Shown in pieces: positions 10,348 through 21,851 of a stretch of DNA of 64,000 bases. The position numbers and the translations under genes are program-made. The stretch's first letter is position 1. Every line of letters starts with the position of its first letter. The DNA is taken from assembly GCA_963749915.1 (NCBI GenBank), contig CAVVOP010000008.1:64001-128000 (forward strand). The letters are read 5' to 3'. A model generated the notes under the pieces. It was not told the DNA's origin. It worked only from the letters and a program-made list of their open reading frames with translations, and ran no database searches. This stretch comes from an uncultured cyanobacterium. GTDB lineage: Bacteria; Cyanobacteriota; Cyanobacteriia; Cyanobacteriales; Cyanobacteriaceae.

Positions 10348-11043
10348 TTAAATATTTTTCATTCTGGCACTACTGCGCGATCGCACTGGAGGAGTTTTTA
10401 AGGGTTGATTTTCTGATGGTTGATCTTGTTTTTGTTTCGCTTTAGACGCACTACGGCGCAAAGCCTGTAAACGTTCTTCATATTTCTTACGCCGACTACG
10501 GTTAGGGGTTTGCTCTATCAATGTTTTAAATGCACTACCTAAACTTTGATAAGCATTCTTCATGGAATAACCGAAACGAGTCGCGATGATAATGGCTTTC
10601 TCATCGGCTTCTATGGCTTCCCTGAGATTCTTTTCACCGTTATTTTTTTGCCACAAACGATAGCCAGAAATACCGCATAAACCTAACGCTAATAATAACA
10701 ATAAACCATCTTGTACCCACAACTCACCCACAGCACCACCTAAACCGATAGCTAAGGCCGCCATTTCCCAACCTTCACGAGGTATAGTATCATTCTGGAT
10801 ACGGGCGACTTCATGCCAAAACATTAAATTACGTTGATCGATCGCCAAATTTTCCCACTTGGCTAAATCAATTTGAATCTCGATCTCATCTTTACCTAAT
10901 TCTTCAGTGCGGATTAAAGGGGGATTAACTTCTGTAGAGGCTTCTATCATAACCCAACTTTGTAACTCTGGAGGGAGTAAAGTTTTGAGCCTTCTCAATT
11001 CGTTCATTTCTGCTCTAGCGGAGGAAGTTGTATAAGAAGTCAT
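10348..11043 (-). CDS. DUF3318-type conserved cyanobacterial protein
   Basis: ELRRLKTLLPPELQSWV, QRNLMFWHEVARIQND. Confidence 0.8.
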   Translation of the reverse strand: MTSYTTSSARAEMNELRRLKTLLPPELQSWVMIEASTEVNPPLIRTEELGKDEIEIQIDLAKWENLAIDQRNLMFWHEVARIQNDTIPREGWEMAALAIGLGGAVGELWVQDGLLLLLALGLCGISGYRLWQKNNGEKNLREAIEADEKAIIIATRFGYSMKNAYQSLGSAFKTLIEQTPNRSRRKKYEERLQALRRSASKAKQKQDQPSENQPLKTPPVRSRSSARMKNI

Positions 11044-11125
11044 ATAATTGTTCTGAGTAGATCTATATTTTGATAGACTTAAATTTTATTCTAGTCTTAT
11101 TTTAATTTTTATTGACGATCTTAAC

Positions 11126-11527
11126 ATGGAACGTGGTTTATTATGGTTCCCTTTGCTGATAGTTTTCATTTGGTTAGCATGGAGTGGTAAAAAAGAATAT
11201 CAAAAAGTTGAGGCTTATAAACTTTGGGCAGAACAATTCAATCAATCAAAGTATGATATTTATGCGGTTTTAGGAAAGAAAGGAGATTTAATTACATGGG
11301 GAAAACCAACTTCTAAGGGGATTATTAACCAAAAAACTTTTTCTTTGCAAAACCTTGAGCAAATTAATCTTACTTTAAAAAATCAGATAATAAACATAGA
11401 TAACATACCTGAAAATGGTGAGGGTAACTTACAATTTTTATTAAAAGATAATGAAATAATAAATATACCTTTTACTGATATTAATTTAGCAGTAAGATGG
11501 TTGATGTATCTACAAAATTTATTTTAG
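11126..11527 (+). CDS. Conserved cyanobacterial hypothetical protein, N-terminal TM
   Basis: MERGLLWFPLL...KYDIYAVLG. Confidence 0.75.
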   Translation: MERGLLWFPLLIVFIWLAWSGKKEYQKVEAYKLWAEQFNQSKYDIYAVLGKKGDLITWGKPTSKGIINQKTFSLQNLEQINLTLKNQIINIDNIPENGEGNLQFLLKDNEIINIPFTDINLAVRWLMYLQNLF

Positions 11528-11603
11528 ATAAAAATTGAGAGTCCTATTAACTTCAAGCTTAATTTTCTTGATTCATTTTGGCGAAGGTATTGATTGCTAA
11601 TTG

Positions 11604-12596
11604 TTAAAAAAACCATCCGTAGGAATGTAAGCCTTTACCTAAGAGGTTGACGCCTAAATAACAAACCCAAACGACAATAAAACCACTGGCGGCTAATATC
11701 GCAGGTTTTCTTCCCTGCCAACCTTTAGTTATGCGTGCGTGTAAATAAGCGGCAAATACTAACCATGTAATTAACGCCCATGTTTCCTTGGGATCCCAAC
11801 TCCAATAAGACCCCCATGCTTCATTTGCCCATACGCCGCCAGAAATAATACCGATGGTTAATAACGGAAAGCCTAAGCCGATGATACGATAACTGATATT
11901 GTCGAGAGTATCTATTAAACTTAATCTTTCAGGAGAAAGGGGGATAATTTCCCTTTTAGGTTGTGTTAAAACAGCGGTATTGCCTGAACAATTATCGATA
12001 TCGGAAGACACAGACTCACTTTTATAGTTAAGATTCAGTTTTTTAACATTACGGTAAGCTCCTGTACCGACAGAACTACCCCTCAATTGAATTTCTTTGC
12101 CTTGGGTGAGGATTAAAAATGCGATCGCCATTAAAGATCCCACCATCAAGGCGGAATAACTAAACATCATGACGCTAACGTGCATCATTAACCAATTAGA
12201 TTTTAATGCTGGAACAAGAGGTTCGCTGTGTTGCATTTCTGAGGGTAAAGATAAGGCGGCAAAGGCACTAATTCCCATTGCTACAGGTGCAGTGACCACT
12301 CCCACTAAACGACTACTGCTCATATTTTCGGCGATTAAATGTACCGCAGTAATGCCCCATGTTAAGAAAAATAAAGATTCGTAAAGATTACTGAGGGGAA
12401 AATACCCTCCTTCTAGCCAACGGGCAATTAATAAGGTTGCGATGGCCAAATTAGCAATAATTATCCCCATAGTGCCAAGTTTAGGTAAGAGGGTAAAATT
12501 GGGGAAAGCCGTAGCTACCCAGTAACATAACATCGTCAGAAAAAGAACAGCAAAAGAAAGATTATCTAAAGTATTTTGTAAATTAACTAAATTCAT
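11604..12596 (-). CDS. ccsA: Cytochrome c biogenesis protein CcsA (system II; CcsB/Ycf5)
   Basis: [22 protein letters not shown] motif; LHSYGWF. Confidence 0.96.
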   Translation of the reverse strand: MNLVNLQNTLDNLSFAVLFLTMLCYWVATAFPNFTLLPKLGTMGIIIANLAIATLLIARWLEGGYFPLSNLYESLFFLTWGITAVHLIAENMSSSRLVGVVTAPVAMGISAFAALSLPSEMQHSEPLVPALKSNWLMMHVSVMMFSYSALMVGSLMAIAFLILTQGKEIQLRGSSVGTGAYRNVKKLNLNYKSESVSSDIDNCSGNTAVLTQPKREIIPLSPERLSLIDTLDNISYRIIGLGFPLLTIGIISGGVWANEAWGSYWSWDPKETWALITWLVFAAYLHARITKGWQGRKPAILAASGFIVVWVCYLGVNLLGKGLHSYGWFF

Positions 12597-12728
12597 AGAG
12601 TTTTCAATAATTGATAATTGATAATTGATAATTTCCCATTCTCCTCACATATACTTACTGGTAAATTGGATAAGAAAATAGTCAAACTTAATCATCATTA
12701 GTTTTATTTAATCATCTTTATCAGTTAA

Positions 12729-12772
12729 TTGCACCTATTTGGGTTTGATTATCCGAAACCAAATAGGTGCAA
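12729..12772. repeat. 14-bp perfect inverted repeat between divergent genes
   Basis: TTGCACCTATTTGG ... CCAAATAGGTGCAA. Confidence 0.6.
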
Positions 12773-12914
12773 AAATTTACCCACTGCCATCGATGACAAA
12801 GAAATCAACAGAAAAGTTAGTTAAAATGGATTGTAAGTTCACTCTACTTAACAAATCAGTAATGACTTAGAGATTATAATAAATTATTAGTGTCCAAAAT
12901 TAGGATCGAATTTT

Positions 12915-13997
12915 ATGATTGATGTAATTATTATTAGTATTTTTGTCTTAGCCTTTGGCGGTGTGGGCTTTGATCTTATTCAAATTCTACCGGATGATAT
13001 ACAAAGTCAAATATCTAATATTCAGGCCTTACGGTGGTTAGCAGCCGGATTTGCTTCTATTATCGGTTTGGCTATGGGTTTAGTGGCACAGACTACCTAT
13101 AGAAGGTTAGAGCAAAAAATCCGGAAAACTCCCATTGAAGTTATTATCACACGCGCGATCGGCTTAGTGATCGGGTTATTATTAGCTAATTTAATGTTAG
13201 CCCCCATTTTCTTGTTACCAATTCCGGGTAACTTTAGCTTCATTAAACCCATGATGGCGATTTTAGGCAGTGTAATGTTTGCTGTTTTAGGGGTATCTTT
13301 AGCAGATACTCACGGTCGCACTTTTTTACGGTTAATTAATCCTAATAGTATCGAGTCCATGTTAGTGGCTGAGGGCACATTAAAACCCGTTGCCGCAAAA
13401 ATTCTTGATACTAGTTGTATTATTGACGGGCGTATTCAACAACTTTTAGCTACTGGTTTTCTCGAAGGGCAGATTTTAATACCACAGTTTATCTTACATG
13501 AGTTACAACAATTAGCCGACACGACTAATGATCAAAAAAGAGTCAGAGGAAGACGGGGATTAGATATCTTAAATCAAATGCAAGAAACCTATCCCGACAA
13601 AATCGTCATTCATCCCGAAGAATACGAAGATGTCACCACCGTTGACGCTAAATTATTGCACTTAGCCCAAGATATTAATGCCATGTTAATTACTAATGAT
13701 TTTAATTTGAGTAAAGTGGCCAGTTTACAGAAAATTGAGATTCTTAATGTTAATGATTTAGCACAAGCCGTAAGACCAATTTATCTACCGGGGGACTATA
13801 TCGACCTAAAAATTCTCAAAAATGGAAAAGAACCAACTCAGGGTATCGGTTACTTAGAGGATGGTACAATGGTGGTGGTAGAAGAAGCTAATGGTCATGT
13901 AGGGGAAGAAATGAGAGTTGTTGTCACTTCTGCCTTGCAAACTTCTGCTGGAAGAATGATTTTTGCCAAAACTAATGCTTCTGCGGTTATTTCTTAA
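12915..13997 (+). CDS. PIN/TRAM domain membrane protein (YacL/Ycf81-like)
   Basis: ILDTSCIIDGRI, RGRRGLDIL, GYLEDGTMVVVE, QTSAGRMIF. Confidence 0.92.
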   Translation: MIDVIIISIFVLAFGGVGFDLIQILPDDIQSQISNIQALRWLAAGFASIIGLAMGLVAQTTYRRLEQKIRKTPIEVIITRAIGLVIGLLLANLMLAPIFLLPIPGNFSFIKPMMAILGSVMFAVLGVSLADTHGRTFLRLINPNSIESMLVAEGTLKPVAAKILDTSCIIDGRIQQLLATGFLEGQILIPQFILHELQQLADTTNDQKRVRGRRGLDILNQMQETYPDKIVIHPEEYEDVTTVDAKLLHLAQDINAMLITNDFNLSKVASLQKIEILNVNDLAQAVRPIYLPGDYIDLKILKNGKEPTQGIGYLEDGTMVVVEEANGHVGEEMRVVVTSALQTSAGRMIFAKTNASAVIS

Positions 13998-14259
13998 AAT
14001 CTGATCGTCGATGTCGATAATGGACAATTTACAATTACGGGACGGGACTTACGCACAAACCCTAAATTTGGGGTGGGCATTAACTGCCCACTTATCCCCA
14101 TAAAAAGTCATGCATGCAGTGCAGTTAATATTAAGGTAAAGGGTAAAGCTTTAAAAGCAATTATGTCTGAAGTCCTAACTATTAGGGAGAAACAGCTTGT
14201 TTGCGGATTTTAGATAATTCAGAAATATAGAATTAATACAATGGAAGTATTTATAGATT

Positions 14260-14769
14260 ATGACTAATGTGAATTTTCAATATCCTATTTTCGGTCCAGA
14301 AATAAAATGTCCTCATTGTCGTCAAACCATAGAAGCATTAACCCTCACAGATACCTATTTATGCTCCCGTCATGGTGCTTTTGAAGCCGATCCTAATACG
14401 AAGGTGCTTGTGCATTTACAATCAGGGCGACATTGGCGATTATGGGAAGAGAAATGGTATCGACAACATACTCATCCCGATGGTATTAGATTTGAAATTC
14501 ATGAGGCCTTAGATCGCCTTTATACAGAGGGCTATCGTGCCACAAAAGTAACTATCGCCGAACGCTACTATCCCTTAATTAGTTCTTATTTAGAAAAAGG
14601 TAATAATTGGCAAGGAGATCAAGAAAATAAAGTATATAAGTTATATGGCTTACCTGTAGAATTTAGCAGTAAATCCAATGGAGAACCTTGTTGGGAGATT
14701 ATCAATTTTATCTTAGAAAAAGAAAAAGGTGCACCTTCTCGTTATCCTTATTTTCGTTTATTTGAATAA
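14260..14769 (+). CDS. Conserved cyanobacterial protein (TIGR02652-like, CxxC)
   Basis: IFGPEIKCPHCRQ, HTHPDGIRFEIHEALDRL. Confidence 0.8.
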   Translation: MTNVNFQYPIFGPEIKCPHCRQTIEALTLTDTYLCSRHGAFEADPNTKVLVHLQSGRHWRLWEEKWYRQHTHPDGIRFEIHEALDRLYTEGYRATKVTIAERYYPLISSYLEKGNNWQGDQENKVYKLYGLPVEFSSKSNGEPCWEIINFILEKEKGAPSRYPYFRLFE

Positions 14770-14783
14770 GCCTAGACTTACCT

Positions 14784-15218
14784 ATGATACATCATATAGC
14801 TATTCGCACAGCGGATATAATGAAGGCCATAGCCTTTTATGAATTATTGGGGTTTACCGTTAAAGAAAGGTTTACCGCCGGTTATACTTTAGCCTGTTGG
14901 TTGGAAGGATTAGGGGGGAGATTGGAATTAATGCAAATACCCGAACCAAAACCCGCCCCCGATAGCTTTTATGATGAACACTATGTGGGTTATTATCATC
15001 TTTCCCTTGACGTTACCAATGAGGAAGTTAATTTACCGACATGGTTACAACAACTGGAACATAAGTTTCGACAAGCAAATTTAGAAAATCCCTACCTTAT
15101 CTCCTCCTTGAAGATATTATTACCACCGCAACAACAAATGATTGGGGAAAAGGTTTATGAAGTCGCTTTTATCGCCGATATAGATAATTTACCTATCGAG
15201 TTAATTAGCCTTTGCTGA
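14784..15218 (+). CDS. VOC/glyoxalase family protein
   Basis: HHIAIRT..., GYYHLS, PIEL. Confidence 0.85.
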   Translation: MIHHIAIRTADIMKAIAFYELLGFTVKERFTAGYTLACWLEGLGGRLELMQIPEPKPAPDSFYDEHYVGYYHLSLDVTNEEVNLPTWLQQLEHKFRQANLENPYLISSLKILLPPQQQMIGEKVYEVAFIADIDNLPIELISLC

Positions 15219-15295
15219 AAAATTTGCTGATTGTTTAACTCCCTTTTCATGTAATAATTCTTAAAGAACCTTTAAGATTTGCTTAACATATCGTC

Positions 15296-15643
15296 ATGAG
15301 CGAAGCCGCCAAAGAAAAAACTTTAGCAGAACAAGCACCCCCTAGTTATGAATGTCGTTCCTGTGGTTATACCTACGTACCCTCAAAGGGTGACAGTAAA
15401 ACAAATATAGCCCCCGGCACCTTATTTACTGATTTACCCAGTAATTGGCGTTGTCCGGTTTGTGGGGCGAGTCATAAGGCATTTGTAAATATCGGTGCAC
15501 AGGATGCACCATCAGGATTTGCGGAAAACTTAGAGTTTGGTTTTGGGGTTAATAAATTAACACCAGGTCAAAAAAATATACTAATTTTCGGTGCTTTAGC
15601 TTTGGGTATCTTATTCTTTCTCAGTTTATATGGATTGAATTAA
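15296..15643 (+). CDS. rubA: Membrane-anchored rubredoxin RubA
   Basis: CRSCGY and WRCPVCG, C-terminal TM; conserved position before ycf48-psbEFLJ. Confidence 0.95.
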   Translation: MSEAAKEKTLAEQAPPSYECRSCGYTYVPSKGDSKTNIAPGTLFTDLPSNWRCPVCGASHKAFVNIGAQDAPSGFAENLEFGFGVNKLTPGQKNILIFGALALGILFFLSLYGLN

Positions 15644-15751
15644 AAATTGATAATGAATAATAAACAGTTGACAATTACAATTAGTTCAAAGGTTTTCCCC
15701 TCTCAAAAAAGTTTATTAATCCATAAAAGAAATCATATTTTGGAAATAAAA

Positions 15752-16741
15752 ATGAATCTGTTATTTAATCGACTAAAACAAATTTTAGTGTTTATAGTCG
15801 TTGGTTTTCTCTGTATTAGTTGTTCAAATTTACCGTCTATGACTCAAAATCCTTGGCAACTGATTAATTTAGAGACTGATGCTACTTTTGCCGATTTAGC
15901 CTTTACTAGTGACCCGAATCACGGTTGGTTAGTGGGCACTAAGGCTAGTTTATTTGAAACTAATGACGGTGGCGAAACTTGGCAACCTAAAATTATTGAA
16001 TTGGGAGAAGAAAAAGTCGGTTTTACGGGTATTAGTTTCAATGATGATGAAGGTTGGGTTACTGGTGAGCCTTCTATTTTGTTACATACATCTAATGGTG
16101 GAATGACTTGGGATCGCATTCCCTTAAGTGACAAATTACCTGGTCTTCCTTATGATGTAGTTGCCCTTGCCCCGAATACAGCGGAAATGGTGACCAACTT
16201 AGGTGCTATTTATAAAACCACTGACGGTGGAAAAACTTGGAAAGCATTAGTAGAAGGTTCAGTAGGCGTTGCTCGTAGTATTAACCGATCTGCTGATGGT
16301 AAATATGTAGCTGTAAGTGCAAGGGGTAATTTTTATTCCACATGGCAACCCGGTGATACTGAATGGACACCTCATAACAGAACATCTTCTCGCCGTTTAC
16401 AAAATATGGGCTTTTTTGACGATAATCGTCTCTGGTTAATTGCTAGAGGTGGACAAATTCAATTAAGTAAAAATGATAATTTTGAGGAGTGGGAAGAGCC
16501 TATTAACCCTGAATATTCAGCCAGTTGGGGTTTCCTGGATTTGGCCACTCGTGAGGATAATGAAATTTGGTTAGCAGGGGGTAGTGCTAATTTATTAGTT
16601 AGTCCTGATTCTGGCATTACTTGGGAAAAAGATCGAGAAGTAGAATCTGTGCCGTCCAATTTCTATAAAATCGTCTTTTTAAATCCAGATCAAGGTTTTG
16701 TTTTAGGACAGCGTGGTGTTCTGCTAAAATATAATACTTAG
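15752..16741 (+). CDS. ycf48: PSII assembly factor Ycf48 (HCF136)
   Basis: BNR repeats ([16 protein letters not shown]), [11 protein letters not shown]; start placed at MNLLFNRLK with lipoprotein-like signal. Confidence 0.95.
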   Translation: MNLLFNRLKQILVFIVVGFLCISCSNLPSMTQNPWQLINLETDATFADLAFTSDPNHGWLVGTKASLFETNDGGETWQPKIIELGEEKVGFTGISFNDDEGWVTGEPSILLHTSNGGMTWDRIPLSDKLPGLPYDVVALAPNTAEMVTNLGAIYKTTDGGKTWKALVEGSVGVARSINRSADGKYVAVSARGNFYSTWQPGDTEWTPHNRTSSRRLQNMGFFDDNRLWLIARGGQIQLSKNDNFEEWEEPINPEYSASWGFLDLATREDNEIWLAGGSANLLVSPDSGITWEKDREVESVPSNFYKIVFLNPDQGFVLGQRGVLLKYNT

Positions 16742-16832
16742 AGTGGGGCGTTAAGTTAGTTTAGTGCTAAGTTAAGTCGTTAATGCTGTAAATTAGTTAT
16801 ATAGTGAAAAAAATTTAGGAGGCAATGCTTTT

Positions 16833-17078
16833 ATGGCTGGAGATACAGGTGAACGTCCATTTACCGATATTGTAACCAGTGTACGCTACTGGGTTATTCA
16901 TAGTATTACTATTCCCATGCTTTTCATTGCTGGTTGGTTATTCGTGAGTACTGGTCTGGCTTATGATGCCTTTGGTACTCCTCGCCCTGATCAGTATTTT
17001 AATCAAACCCGTGAAGAGTTACCCATTCTTAGCGATCGCTATGAGGCAACGAAACAAATTGAACAGTTTAATAAATAG
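16833..17078 (+). CDS. psbE: Cytochrome b559 alpha
   Basis: [23 protein letters not shown]. Confidence 0.99.
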   Translation: MAGDTGERPFTDIVTSVRYWVIHSITIPMLFIAGWLFVSTGLAYDAFGTPRPDQYFNQTREELPILSDRYEATKQIEQFNK

Positions 17079-17105
17079 TTAGTTACATAAAAAGGTACAT
17101 AAAAA

Positions 17106-17237
17106 ATGACGAATAGTCCTAATCAACCAATTTCATATCCTATTTTTACTGTCAGATGGTTAGCTGTGCATACTTTAGCTGTTCCTTCTGTATTTTTCAT
17201 TGGTGCAATTACTGCTATGCAATTTATTCAACGATAG
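17106..17237 (+). CDS. psbF: Cytochrome b559 beta
   Basis: Manual: [43 protein letters not shown]. Confidence 0.98.
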   Translation: MTNSPNQPISYPIFTVRWLAVHTLAVPSVFFIGAITAMQFIQR

Positions 17238-17246
17238 GGGGGATTA

Positions 17247-17366
17247 ATGGACAGAAATCAAAATCCTAACAAACAATCTGTAGAATTAAACCGCACTTCC
17301 CTTTATTTGGGTTTATTATTTGTGGCGGTACTCGGTGTTTTATTCTCTAGTTATTTCTTTAACTAA
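17247..17366 (+). CDS. psbL: PSII subunit L
   Basis: Manual: [39 protein letters not shown]. Confidence 0.98.
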   Translation: MDRNQNPNKQSVELNRTSLYLGLLFVAVLGVLFSSYFFN

Positions 17367-17398
17367 AAACCAATTTATTTAATCTAGGAGGTTCAATT

Positions 17399-17515
17399 AT
17401 GGGAGACGCAAGGATTCCCTTATGGATTGTCGGTACTGTTGCCGGAATGGGCGTTTTAGCTGTAGTAGCATTATTTTTCTATGGTGCTTATGCTGGTGTT
17501 GGTTCATCTTTATAA
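17399..17515 (+). CDS. psbJ: PSII subunit J
   Basis: Manual: [47 protein letters not shown]. Confidence 0.98.
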   Translation: MGDARIPLWIVGTVAGMGVLAVVALFFYGAYAGVGSSL

Positions 17516-17544
17516 GATAGTTTAATTAAAACTAATTAACTCGT

Positions 17545-17582
17545 AAAAAACTGCTCTTAGACTTATTCTGGGGCGGTTTTTT
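17545..17582 (+). terminator. Terminator after psbJ
   Basis: AAAAAACTGCTC..GGGCGGTTTTTT stem-loop. Confidence 0.7.
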
Positions 17583-17709
17583 CGTTATTAACTTACTCAA
17601 CTGTGTTTATCACGGAGGAAATGTAACGTTACCCATTGGTTTTGACGTGATCAAAAAACCCATAGAGTTCTGTGAAATCAAAACAAAAAAGAAAAAGCGA
17701 AAAGCAACA

Positions 17710-18043
17710 CAAACAAAGATGGAAGCACAGGAATTTTGTATCTAGCTTGTAGTGACCTAAACTGTGATGGCAATGCAATAGAAACAATCTACCAAAAACG
17801 GTGGAAAGTAGAAGTCTTTCACAAAACACTAAAATCGAATACTGGTTTAGCTAAATCACCAACAAAGTGTATTAAAACTCAGTGTAATCATATTTTTATG
17901 TCAATATATGCAGCGTTTCAATTAGAATGCCTAAAGATCAAGCATAAGGTCAATCATTTTGCTCTTCGGAGTCGTATTTACATTAAGGCACTCCAAGAAG
18001 CTATGACAGAGTTACAGTTGCTCAAGGCTGCGTAACATCAGTT
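17710..18043 (+). pseudogene. IS701-family transposase, C-terminal remnant with right end
   Basis: NKDGSTGILYLACSD, YQKRWKVEVFHK..K; ends in TGCGTAACATCAG. Confidence 0.75.
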
Positions 18044-18306
18044 ATTAACGTTCAGTTTCCAGATTATTTAAGACAAAAATAGGAGCCCCAGCCAAGTCAT
18101 TTCGTATGGCATTGGGTGCATTAAAGAAAATTAACCGGAGTATTTCTTGCTTTTTACAAGGACTAATTAACATTGTCGCTGATTTACTCTGTGGTAAAGG
18201 TATTTACCTAAATGATTTATTTCCACAATCACCTTTTGTCGTTAATAAGCTAAGACGCATTAATCTAGTATATAATTGACAGAAAAAAATATTGGGATAA
18301 AAAGCA

Positions 18307-18633
18307 ATGCCTGTTAAAAACTTTTTGTCAGATGAAGAAAAAAAATACTTACAAAATGCTTTAAAAACCGAGAATAGGCCAGAACTTAGAGAAAGGATTT
18401 TAATATTTTTATTAGAAAATGATGGCAGAAATTACCAAGAAATTGCAGATTTTTTAGGTTGTTCTGCCAGAAAAGTTGCATATTGGGCGGTTCATGGTAA
18501 CCCCAATAATATTGAGAGTCTTGAAAATAAAACACGAAAGGGAAATCATCAAAAAGCAACAAAAGAATATATAGAATTACTATTAAAAATAGTAGATAAA
18601 GATCCCTGTGAGCAATGTTTTAGAATTTATTAA
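18307..18633 (+). pseudogene. IS630-like HTH / transposase N-terminal fragment
   Basis: RERILIFLLENDGRNYQEIADFLGCS..VAYW; truncated after KDP. Confidence 0.7.
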
Positions 18634-18683
18634 GGAAACTATTTCTGCAAATAGAAAGGGAAATTCTACTCCATCTTTAATTC

Positions 18684-20384
18684 CTAGAACACCGATTCAG
18701 TAATCGAAAACTAGGCAGTGTCTGATTTTGAAGCAAATAGCTCTGGGTCGTCTTTTAACAGCCTGACCAGTACATGAAGGTTATGAACAACCGCCGTGGG
18801 ACGTAAGTCGAATAAATTTTTTCGCACTCCGATGTAAGGAGCTTTATCACCTTGCCAGCGACCAATGTGAGATAAACTATGTTCCACAGTTACTCGTTCT
18901 CGTAATTTAGCCCGACCCTTGGGTGTTAATTGACGTTGGCGTAACTCCGTAATGAATTTCTCATCAGAATGAATTGAGACAGTACGCCCTCTCTTACTGG
19001 TAGTACACTTATTTCTTAGAGGACAACTGGCACAAGTGGCTGCAGGAAACTGCACTTTTCCACCCTCTTCAAAAGATAAACTAACTTGATTCGGACAGGT
19101 AATCGTTGCCGATTCCCAATCTAAAATAAAGGAGGATTTGGCAAATTTATTGCCATTAGATACTCGCCAAGCTTTACAATAAGGGAAATTGCTTCAGTCA
19201 CGGAAGCTTCTGCTACATTGGCCATCGTGATGCCGACGGCTCGTACCATTCCCAGGTCTAAATCCTTGAGAAGATGACGTTTATAACCATCAAACCTTTT
19301 GCTGCGGTTTTTACGTCCATGACGCATTTGTTCATCTTCAATAGTAATGCGTCGGTTTTTAGTTACTCCTTTTCGCAGTTTTACTTCGCCCTGCTCATCT
19401 ACCTCTACATCTTGTGCCTCTATCTGTTGGGTAGCTTCAAGGCTAGAGAGAACCACTGGATGAGACTTAGTTTCTGGCTCTAACTCTAAATGGCTTTCTA
19501 TTTTAGATAATACTCCCAACACCATACTATCACGCCAAAACTTTCTCTTCTGGGTCATCCCAATTCAAATCCAATGCCGCTTTTAAACTTGACCCTGCTA
19601 CTAAATCAGCATCCATTTCCGATGCCATTTCTGTCAACTCCCGCCCCTGTTGACGAGCTATCACACTCAACGCTTTTTGAGAGAGCATGTCCCAACAAAT
19701 TATAGGTGTCTTCCACCTTGGCTGCTCCCCACAACGGTGAAGAATCCAAAGCTGCTCGCAATTAATTGTCGTGAACCGAATTTTTTGCTCTTTTGAGCTA
19801 GTTCTACTGTTCGTTCAATCAGACGTCGGTCAAGTTGGTGAATGATCAGAGCTTGTCGAAATCTCACCAAGGTTGCCTGAGCAAAAGGAGCCTGTTCACA
19901 ATCCAGACAATCCACTCACTACTAACTGCCATCGCCGATCCATAGTCAAAGCTTCAATGGCTTCGGCATCAGATGCTCCAGTATAAGCTTGTAAGATAGT
20001 CGTCAAAGCCAATTGTGCTGGGGGAATAGGAGGATGTCCTTTATCTGCTTCTGCATACATCTGGGACAGTTCTGACTGAAAGGCTTCATCAAATAATAAG
20101 TGGCGAATTTCTCATAAAAAGGTAAACAATTTGGCTCGTTTAATCAGTTTCACGATTTTTAGCTCTTTTTTTGACAACTCAATGGGCGGATTCCAATGTT
20201 CTGGTCCCATGGTCTTCTTCTTTTGCTATTGATCTAAAGTTTATTTTACCCCTCCTTTTTTCTCATTACCAAAATTTCACTGCCGGAGATTAATTCGTGA
20301 ATTAACTGCGAGCTTTTTAGAGAGTATTCAAATCCCTCAACAGCAAATCAGTCTTGCTTTTTGATTACTGAATCGGTGTTCTAG
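18684..20384 (-). mobile_element. IS1182-family element, both ends intact, transposase degraded
   Basis: 27-bp TIR CTAGAACACCGATTCAGTAATCGAAAA (1 mismatch); transposase from about 20210 (MGPEHWNPPIELS...) with stops, frameshifts and an internal deletion; HGRK..FDGYK, RVTVEHSL. Confidence 0.88.
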
Positions 20385-20522
20385 TTTTTAATTGATTAAT
20401 TTTGGGTACAAGCCCCCACTAAATTTTCAATTTAGCGGTCTTCAATTAGTGGCGAGTTTAACCTGCCACTAATGATCTTTAATTTTGAATTGATAATTTT
20501 GAATTTTGAATTGTTTTGACTA

Positions 20523-21293
20523 TTAGGAAAATAATTGTGTACCCACTACCATTTCTGAAGTTGTACCATTACCTTCAGTTCGTAGCTCGTGGATATTGCG
20601 ACTCATTTCTCTAGCTTGATGGTAACTATCGATATCTCCTTGCTCAAAATAGAGTAAAGCGGCTTTCCGTAAATCATCAACGGCTTTTTGTTTGACACCA
20701 TCATCGATATACAGTACACCTCTCTTATGGTAGGCTTTGGCAAAACTAGAATCCTTCTTAATGGCTTCAGTATAATCCTCCATTGCCCCTGCTTTATTAC
20801 CCAATTTCTCGTAACTTAATCCTCTTTGATAGAAGAAGTCTGCCGAATCAGGCTGAGAGCGTAATTCTTGAGAAATATTTTCTACTTCTCTGATATTGCT
20901 AACAACGTTATTTAAGTCCTGGTGTTGTAATTCAAGTCTTTGAATTTCACTGTTAATCTGTTCCTGTTGTTGTGCTAGATTATCTTGAAATAATAGCTGT
21001 AATTTTTGCACACGATTGGCTAAATCAGTTTGATTTCCTGTTAATTTCGTGGTTAATTCACTGTGATTAGCTTCTAATGTTGCCATTAACTGATTGATAG
21101 TTTGTTCTTGCCGATTATAAGCCTCTACGAAACTATTTGTTAATTGTTTACGACTGGCAAGGTTACAACCAATCCCAACTGTTAAAGGAATAGAGGCAAA
21201 AATAGGATTATTCATGGCAACAGAGACAATAACCCCCATCACAGAAACTCCTAAACCGGCATAACCGACTATATCTTGTTTTTTGTCCATCAT
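20523..21293 (-). CDS. TPR protein with N-terminal TM and coiled coil (Slr0151-like)
   Basis: FYQRG..., AYHKRG..., DLRKAALLYFEQG; start at MMDKKQ after GGAG. Confidence 0.8.
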   Translation of the reverse strand: MMDKKQDIVGYAGLGVSVMGVIVSVAMNNPIFASIPLTVGIGCNLASRKQLTNSFVEAYNRQEQTINQLMATLEANHSELTTKLTGNQTDLANRVQKLQLLFQDNLAQQQEQINSEIQRLELQHQDLNNVVSNIREVENISQELRSQPDSADFFYQRGLSYEKLGNKAGAMEDYTEAIKKDSSFAKAYHKRGVLYIDDGVKQKAVDDLRKAALLYFEQGDIDSYHQAREMSRNIHELRTEGNGTTSEMVVGTQLFS

Positions 21294-21346
21294 CTTAATT
21301 AAAATACTCCAAATATTGAGATTGAAAATTGAAAAAGTAATATTAT

Positions 21347-21799
21347 CTAAACTAAAACCGCACAATTAAGCTCAAAAATAGGAAGGGCAAGTTTAGCTTC
21401 TTCTGGGGTTAAAAATTGCGGGATCACCCCTAACAAAACCTCATAAGTATCAATGTTGTCATTTTCAAAATTATAAGAGCGGGAAATAGTTTGAAACCAT
21501 AACAACATGTTCGTGCGTAACCGTTCCATGTCATCAAATAACAACGCCGCCGCACAATAGCGAATTAAATCAATTAAATCCCGTTTACAAGTGGCATAAT
21601 AATCTTCAAACTCAGGATTACGTTTATTTTTACCAAGTCTTACGGCTTCCACAATTTCTATAGCTGAATCTCTAATTTTGACATAAGCACTCATTCTTAA
21701 ATCTTTAGATTCTAAATAATCCTCTAAAAATCTTAACTCATAATCCTGGGCATAACCTCCGTCAGCTTCCAGGGTCAAATCTGCAAATTGTTTTAACAT
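21347..21799 (-). CDS. Phycobiliprotein-like (globin fold) protein (Slr0149-like)
   Basis: EADGGYA, ATCKRDL..LIRY resembles the ACxRD bilin site; start MLKQF after AGGAG. Confidence 0.75.
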   Translation of the reverse strand: MLKQFADLTLEADGGYAQDYELRFLEDYLESKDLRMSAYVKIRDSAIEIVEAVRLGKNKRNPEFEDYYATCKRDLIDLIRYCAAALLFDDMERLRTNMLLWFQTISRSYNFENDNIDTYEVLLGVIPQFLTPEEAKLALPIFELNCAVLV

Positions 21800-21851
21800 T
21801 GTCAAAAACTCCTTGTAATAATGGGTAATAAAATCTGATGGTGATGAAACA

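Noticed and set aside
12605..12633. Heptamer tandem repeats (ATAATTG)n, with similar runs near 20490, 31810 and 44410
   Set aside because: Ordinary cyanobacterial STRR-type short repeats
19121..19183. Apparent foreign insert in the IS1182 transposase
   Set aside because: Another frame reads YCKAWRVSNGNKFAKSSFILDW, i.e. the transposase itself after a deletion and frameshift
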